Shown: piece after piece, positions 58,829 to 64,000 of the stretch | How the letters are laid out: the number at the start of each line of letters is the position of its first letter | How positions within the stretch are numbered: the first letter of the stretch is position 1 | Assembly (NCBI GenBank): GCA_965203905.1 | Contig: CBDBDQ010000005.1 | Location: forward strand, 4,992,001 to 5,056,000 | Length of the DNA: 64,000 bases | Origin: Spirochaetia bacterium | GTDB lineage: Bacteria; Spirochaetota; Spirochaetia; SZUA-6; Bin103 | Reading direction: 5' to 3' | The notes under the pieces: model-generated | What the model saw: only the letters and a program-made list of their open reading frames with translations | Told to the model about the DNA's origin: nothing | Databases searched by the model: none | Made by a program: the position numbers and the translations under genes

Positions 58829-60865
58829 ATGAAACCATTGGTGCTTATTCTGGCGGGCTTGATCCTGACCTCGCTTGCGGCCTTCGCAAGCCCCGCCGCC
58901 GAGTCAGAGCCGGAGCCTGCTGCAGCCGTCGCAGAGGTCGGCCCCACGATGCCGAAGTTGGATCCGGGGCAGTACAACCTCGCAGACTATGAGGCACAGA
59001 CCGGGACCAAGATAACCACGTTCCAGGAATCGCCGATGCTGGCAGGAGCCGGCTTACCCGCGGTGCAGGAGCGCCTGCCCCAGAACCCGCTGGTTGTGGA
59101 GACCTGGGAGGCGAACGGCAGGTACGGCGGTACCCTTACCTGGATGGAACACACTCCCGACTTCGACGAGTACCTGCGGCGTCTGAACGACGCGCTGCTC
59201 ATCGAGATCAAGCCCGGCCGCTCCCATCACCGCTGGAGTTACATCGGTGCGGAGTTGCAGCCAAGCGTGCTGGAGTCCTGGGAGATGTCCGCTGACCGCA
59301 GGACCTTCACGATGACCATCCGCAAGGGCTTGCGATGGTCGGACGGCGTCGAGGTGACCTCGGAAGACATACGCTACACGGTCGAGGACATCCGCCTCAA
59401 TACAGAGCTGTCTCCATCGCAACCGAGATTCTTCGTGTTTGGTGGTGGAGTAACCGATTTCGAGGTGGTGGACAAGTACACCAGCAAGCTCACCTTTGCC
59501 AATCCCTTTGGTCTGTTTCCCTGGCACTGCACCAGATTGTCATGGCACGAAATGATCAGGCCCAGCCACTACCTGAAGCAGTTCCATACCGCGCACACGG
59601 ACATCGACGAAATCGTCCCGACGATGGAGGAGATGGGGTTCAAGAAGGATGAGTGGGCACGGTTCTATCAGACCATCGACCTGATGGGCGGCGATGCGGG
59701 GACCCGCATACCGACGCGCTATCCCACCATGTTCGAGTTTCCGACGCTGGATCCGTGGCTGAACGTGTCCCAGCCGACTCCCGGCGAGTTCATCCTGGAG
59801 CGGAATCCCTACTACTTCAAGGTTGACTCCGAAGGGCGGCAACTTCCCTACATCGACAAGCTGCACCGCGTCATAGTCACGAACCCGGAGGTGACCGCCG
59901 CCAAGGTGATTGCCGGCGAGACCGACATCCAATACAACCACATCAAGATGTCCGACTTCCCGCTGTTCAAGGAAAATGAGGAGAAGGGAGGCTACAAGGC
60001 GCTTCTGCTGCCAGCCTGGCAGGACCTGGTTCTGATGTACTTCCCGTACCTGACGCCGATAAAAGATCCGGTGATCATGGAGCTCATGGGCGACAAGCGG
60101 TTTCGTCAGGCGGTCAGCCTTGCGATCGACCGCAACGAGATCAAGAAGTCGGTGTTTCTGGACTTCGGACGGATTGCGCAGTTCGCTCCGCCCAAGGGCT
60201 CGGCAGTGTGGGAAGAGTACATGGAGAAGGCCTATGCCGAGCTCGACGTGGAGGAGGCGAACCGACTCCTGGATGAGATCGGGCTGCAGTGGGATGACAA
60301 GCGGGAATACCGGCTACGGCCCAATGGGGACCGCTTGACAATCCCATACCTCTACTACGAAGTCGCCTCGGCGAGCACCCCGGGCGCCGAGCTGTTTTCG
60401 GAGTTCATGAAGGAAATCGGTATCGACTCCCCGGTGAAACTGGTAGACGGGTCGTTGTACTGGACCAGCAACAAGTCCGGTGAGCCGCATTTTGGCGGTG
60501 GCTTCAGTATTGCGGCTCAGGAAATGACCTTCTGGACTGCAATGGCCAGGGTGACGGCGTTCTTCTGGGAGACCTGGTACAACACGGGGGGAGAGCAAGG
60601 AGAGGTGCCGCCGCCCGAGTTCAGGGAGCTTTACGACCTCAAGAAGATCATTGTGGCCAACACCAGTGAGGCCGAGTTTCAGGCAGCGGTCAAGCAGGCC
60701 TGGGAGAGCCAGGCTGAGAACGTGTGGATCATTGGAACCGTGGCGGACGTGCCTGCACCGTTGGTCTTCAATGAGAACCTCGGTAACATTGCGATCATAG
60801 AGGAGTTTGGTTGGCCTAACATCATGGCTGGAGAATTCGCCGAGCAGTGGTACTGGAAACAGTAA
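58829..60865 (+). CDS. ABC solute-binding protein, family 5
   Basis: Signal peptide; ESPML, RWSDG, RNPYYFKVDSEGRQLPYID. Confidence 0.92.
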   Translation: MKPLVLILAGLILTSLAAFASPAAESEPEPAAAVAEVGPTMPKLDPGQYNLADYEAQTGTKITTFQESPMLAGAGLPAVQERLPQNPLVVETWEANGRYGGTLTWMEHTPDFDEYLRRLNDALLIEIKPGRSHHRWSYIGAELQPSVLESWEMSADRRTFTMTIRKGLRWSDGVEVTSEDIRYTVEDIRLNTELSPSQPRFFVFGGGVTDFEVVDKYTSKLTFANPFGLFPWHCTRLSWHEMIRPSHYLKQFHTAHTDIDEIVPTMEEMGFKKDEWARFYQTIDLMGGDAGTRIPTRYPTMFEFPTLDPWLNVSQPTPGEFILERNPYYFKVDSEGRQLPYIDKLHRVIVTNPEVTAAKVIAGETDIQYNHIKMSDFPLFKENEEKGGYKALLLPAWQDLVLMYFPYLTPIKDPVIMELMGDKRFRQAVSLAIDRNEIKKSVFLDFGRIAQFAPPKGSAVWEEYMEKAYAELDVEEANRLLDEIGLQWDDKREYRLRPNGDRLTIPYLYYEVASASTPGAELFSEFMKEIGIDSPVKLVDGSLYWTSNKSGEPHFGGGFSIAAQEMTFWTAMARVTAFFWETWYNTGGEQGEVPPPEFRELYDLKKIIVANTSEAEFQAAVKQAWESQAENVWIIGTVADVPAPLVFNENLGNIAIIEEFGWPNIMAGEFAEQWYWKQ

Positions 60866-60878
60866 CGCTATCCCAACC

Positions 60879-61020
60879 CTAGCAGCCCGTGGTGGAACCC
60901 GGCGTCGCACCGAGAGCGGCGAGGCGCCCGGCTGGCAAGGCGCGACGAACGAGGAGCAACGCAGCCAGCCGGGATGGATCGTCGCTCGAATGCAGCCGGA
61001 GTTTCGCCACGGGCTGCTAG
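60879..61020. mobile_element. 142-bp MITE-like palindromic element bounded by CTAG
   Basis: ctagcagcccgtgg...ccacgggctgctag (14-bp perfect IR, longer imperfect); inner stem cccggctggc / gccagccggg. Confidence 0.75.
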
Positions 61021-61099
61021 ATTGCACGGAGAGCCGGGTGCAGCACCGGCTCTCCTTGGTCTCGACTCGCGGCCACACACCGAGCGCCAACAGTTACCT

Positions 61100-62095
61100 G
61101 TGATCAGCTATATTGCCCGCCGCTTCATCTACATGCTCATCATGCTGGCGGCCATGTCTCTGGTCGCCTACGTTATCATCCAGCTTCCTCCCGGCGATTA
61201 TGTGACCATGCTGATCAGCAAGCTGGAAGCTACCGGGGTGGGTGCCGACGAATCCCAGATCGAAATGCTCAGACGCATGTACGGCCTGGACCTGCCGCCC
61301 TACCTCAGGTATCTGAAGTGGGTGGGGAACATGCTTCGAGGCGACTTTGGACGGTCGATGCATTGGCTGAGACCGGTGAGTGAGCTGATCGGAGAGCGGC
61401 TCATGCTGACCGTCATGTTGACCGTCCTTACCACCGCTTTCAGCTTCATTGTCGCGATTCCGATCGGCATCTACTCGGCGACCCATCAGTACTCCTTTGG
61501 GGACTATACGTTCATGGTCATTGGGTTCACCGGGCTGGCGACACCCAACTTCCTGCTCGCATTGATGCTCATGATCCTCTTCAACAATGCCTTTGGTATC
61601 AGCATCGGGGGCCTGTTCAGCTCCGAGTACTCAGCGGCTCCGTGGAGCTTCGGCAAGGTCATCGACATGCTCAAGCATCTACCGGTACCCATCATTATCG
61701 TTGGCACCAGCGGGACCGCCGGCCTGATCCGAGTATTTCGGGGCATGCTCCTGGACGAGTTGCGCAAGCATTACGTCATTACGGCGCGCGCCAAGGGACT
61801 GGCCGAACGAACGATTCTGTTCCGATATCCGGTGCGCGTGGCACTGAACCCGGTCGTCAGCACGATCGGCTGGCTGCTGCCCGCGATCGTGTCAGGGAAC
61901 ACGATTGTGGCCCTGGTGCTCAGCCTTCCTACCGTTGGGCCGTTGATGTATCAGGCTCTGTTGGTCGAGGACATGTTTCTTGCCGGAACCATCGTCATGT
62001 TCCTGAGCTTCCTGACCATAATCGGCACCTTCGTGTCTGATTTCATGCTCGTCGTTGTCGATCCCCGGATCAGGTTCGAGCGGGTGGGCAGTTGA
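61100..62095 (+). CDS. ABC permease, OppB type
   Basis: LPPGDY, YVITARAKGL, VDPRIRF. Confidence 0.92.
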   Translation: MISYIARRFIYMLIMLAAMSLVAYVIIQLPPGDYVTMLISKLEATGVGADESQIEMLRRMYGLDLPPYLRYLKWVGNMLRGDFGRSMHWLRPVSELIGERLMLTVMLTVLTTAFSFIVAIPIGIYSATHQYSFGDYTFMVIGFTGLATPNFLLALMLMILFNNAFGISIGGLFSSEYSAAPWSFGKVIDMLKHLPVPIIIVGTSGTAGLIRVFRGMLLDELRKHYVITARAKGLAERTILFRYPVRVALNPVVSTIGWLLPAIVSGNTIVALVLSLPTVGPLMYQALLVEDMFLAGTIVMFLSFLTIIGTFVSDFMLVVVDPRIRFERVGS

Positions 62096-63234
62096 AACAG
62101 ACCACGACCGTGCCGCGGGCAGCGGCGTTCGACCAGCGCCGCTCCGAGGATGAGCAGTATTTCGTGGCCTCCCAGTGGCGGCTGATGTGGCGCAAGTTCA
62201 GGCAACACAAGCTGGCGATGGTGGGCTCAGTCACCATAGTGTTCCTGTTCTTCGTGGGGGTATTGTTGCCCGAGTTCTTCTCCACCCAGAATCCGATGGA
62301 GCGGAACTCAGATTTCCTTTATTGCCCTCCACAGAGGATCCGATTCCTCGATCAGGGTGCGTTGCAGTTGAGACCGTTCGTGTACGGCCTGACGCGCCAG
62401 CGCAACCCGGTGACATTCGGCATGGAGTACAGCGTCGACACCACCCGGAAGTTCCCGATCAGGTTCTTTCATCGGGGTGATCCCTACAAGCTCTGGGGCC
62501 TGTTTCCGGCCGACGTGCACCTGATCGGGATTGACGAGGAACCCGTGTTCTACCTGTTCGGTACCGACAAGCTGGGCAGGGATCTCTTTTCCCGCGTCCT
62601 CTACGCGGCCCGGATATCACTCTCGGTCGGCTTCGTTGGCGTGCTCATCAGCTTCATTCTGGGATGCATCCTCGGTGGCATTTCCGGTTTCTTTGGTGGC
62701 AAGGTGGATATGCTGATCCAGCGCATCATCGAGTTTCTGATATCGCTCCCGACGATTCCCATCTGGATGGGGCTTGCCGCCGCTGTCCCACTGGAGTGGC
62801 CCGCGGTCCGGGTGTACTTCATCATCACCGTAATCCTCTCCATCGTCGGCTGGGCCGGACTCGCACGCGTGGTCCGCGGCAAGATCCTGTCGCTGCGAGA
62901 AGAGGACTATGTTCGGGCGGCGGTAATCTCCGGATCCGGCGATATGGCGGTCATCCTGAGGCACCTGTTGCCCGCCTTCCTCAGCTACCTGATAGTACAC
63001 CTCACGTTGGCGATACCCGGGATGATTCTGGGGGAAACGTCGCTCAGCTTCCTGGGACTCGGGCTGCGGCCGCCGGTGATCAGTTGGGGCGTGCTGCTGA
63101 ACGAGGCACAAAACGTCAAGGCTATCTACACGGACGTCTGGCTATTGATTCCCGGTGGCTTCGTCATGGTTACGGTGCTCGCGTTCAACTTCCTCGGTGA
63201 CGGCCTGCGCGACGCGGCCGACCCCTACCGCTAA
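62092..63234 (+). CDS. ABC permease, OppC type
   Basis: FGTDKLGRD, ETSLSFLGLG, GDGLRDAADPY. Confidence 0.92.
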   Translation: MKQTTTVPRAAAFDQRRSEDEQYFVASQWRLMWRKFRQHKLAMVGSVTIVFLFFVGVLLPEFFSTQNPMERNSDFLYCPPQRIRFLDQGALQLRPFVYGLTRQRNPVTFGMEYSVDTTRKFPIRFFHRGDPYKLWGLFPADVHLIGIDEEPVFYLFGTDKLGRDLFSRVLYAARISLSVGFVGVLISFILGCILGGISGFFGGKVDMLIQRIIEFLISLPTIPIWMGLAAAVPLEWPAVRVYFIITVILSIVGWAGLARVVRGKILSLREEDYVRAAVISGSGDMAVILRHLLPAFLSYLIVHLTLAIPGMILGETSLSFLGLGLRPPVISWGVLLNEAQNVKAIYTDVWLLIPGGFVMVTVLAFNFLGDGLRDAADPYR

Positions 63235-63237
63235 AAG

Positions 63238-64000
63238 CTAAAGGAACTTCAAGCAAACAGGGGCTGGCACCTGGACGCTGCAGCCGGTATACACTGGCAG
63301 GCCTGAATCCGGATCCAGGGCGAATACATTTATGCAGTCTGAAAAATGGTTTCCCGCCAGCAGGAATCTTCCTGTCGGATCCAGGGTGAAACCGCGCGGA
63401 GCCTTGCCCCCGGTATGCTCATGGCCCTTGGCTTGAAGCTCGCCCTTTATCGGGTCAAACGAGAAGATGGCAATGCTGTCATGGCCCCGGTTGGAGCAGT
63501 ACAGGTAGCGGCCCGAGGGGGCAACGTGGATATCCGCACAGTGGTTGGTCTCGTCGAAACCTTCCGGAAGGGTGGATATGTGCTGCACCGGCGTCAGCTT
63601 TCCGGCCACCTGGTCCCACGAGCACAGGGTTGCCGAGGAGTCCTGCTCGTTGACGGCAAAGAGCCAGCGCCCGTCGGGTGAGAAGCACGTGTGCCGCGGT
63701 CCGGAACCGGTAGCAAGTTGCGCCCACGGATCGTGGCGCTCCAGCTTTCCGTGCTCAGGCTGGAGGCGGTACACGTGGATTCTGTCGGTGCCGACGTTGG
63801 CGCCCAGCACGAACCGGTTGGATGGATCGGAGATGATGCTGTGTACGCGTGGCTTCTCCTGCTCCATCGGAATGCGGCCGGTACCTTCGAGCAGGTGGAA
63901 GTCGGACACCTCCTCAAGCTGCCCGTCGGGTGCGGTCGGGAGAACGCAGATGCTGCCGCCGTTTCTGGCAGGATCGAAGAAGTTCGTCGCAAGCACGAAC
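63238..64000 (-). CDS. Lactonase, 6-phosphogluconolactonase/cycloisomerase-2 family (5' end outside the window)
   Basis: GSGPRH, ADIHVAPSGRYLYCSNRGHDSI, GKAPRGF. Confidence 0.88.
   Translation of the reverse strand, partial: FVLATNFFDPARNGGSICVLPTAPDGQLEEVSDFHLLEGTGRIPMEQEKPRVHSIISDPSNRFVLGANVGTDRIHVYRLQPEHGKLERHDPWAQLATGSGPRHTCFSPDGRWLFAVNEQDSSATLCSWDQVAGKLTPVQHISTLPEGFDETNHCADIHVAPSGRYLYCSNRGHDSIAIFSFDPIKGELQAKGHEHTGGKAPRGFTLDPTGRFLLAGNHFSDCINVFALDPDSGLPVYTGCSVQVPAPVCLKFL

Overview
High-GC bacterial region. The Ala/Glu-rich N-termini of its solute-binding proteins are spirochaete-like (inference only). It is dominated by carbohydrate/organic-solute uptake and catabolism: three Opp/Dpp-type and one carbohydrate-type ABC cluster (all without ATPase genes), two large paralogous uncharacterised glycoside-hydrolase-like proteins, a GH95-like enzyme with an altered active-site motif, alpha/beta hydrolases, SDRs, PhyH dioxygenases, a fused hydantoinase/oxoprolinase and a PiT/DUF47 pair. 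Between these modules are: (1) three copies of a DUF222-like/HNH element with conserved non-coding flanks and CTTCG-N4-CGAAG DNA palindromes inside its variable linker, which is the best candidate for an undescribed system; (2) a complete ISKra4-family IS with 23-bp TIRs, a 9-bp TSD and a DUF4338 gene; (3) a 142-bp CTAG-bounded MITE-like hairpin; (4) six toxin-antitoxin loci where the antitoxin survives and the toxin is deleted or truncated; (5) a dense patch of gene remnants at about 37-46 kb. No CRISPR array, rRNA or tRNA was seen. All family assignments come from motif recognition by eye; no database search was run.
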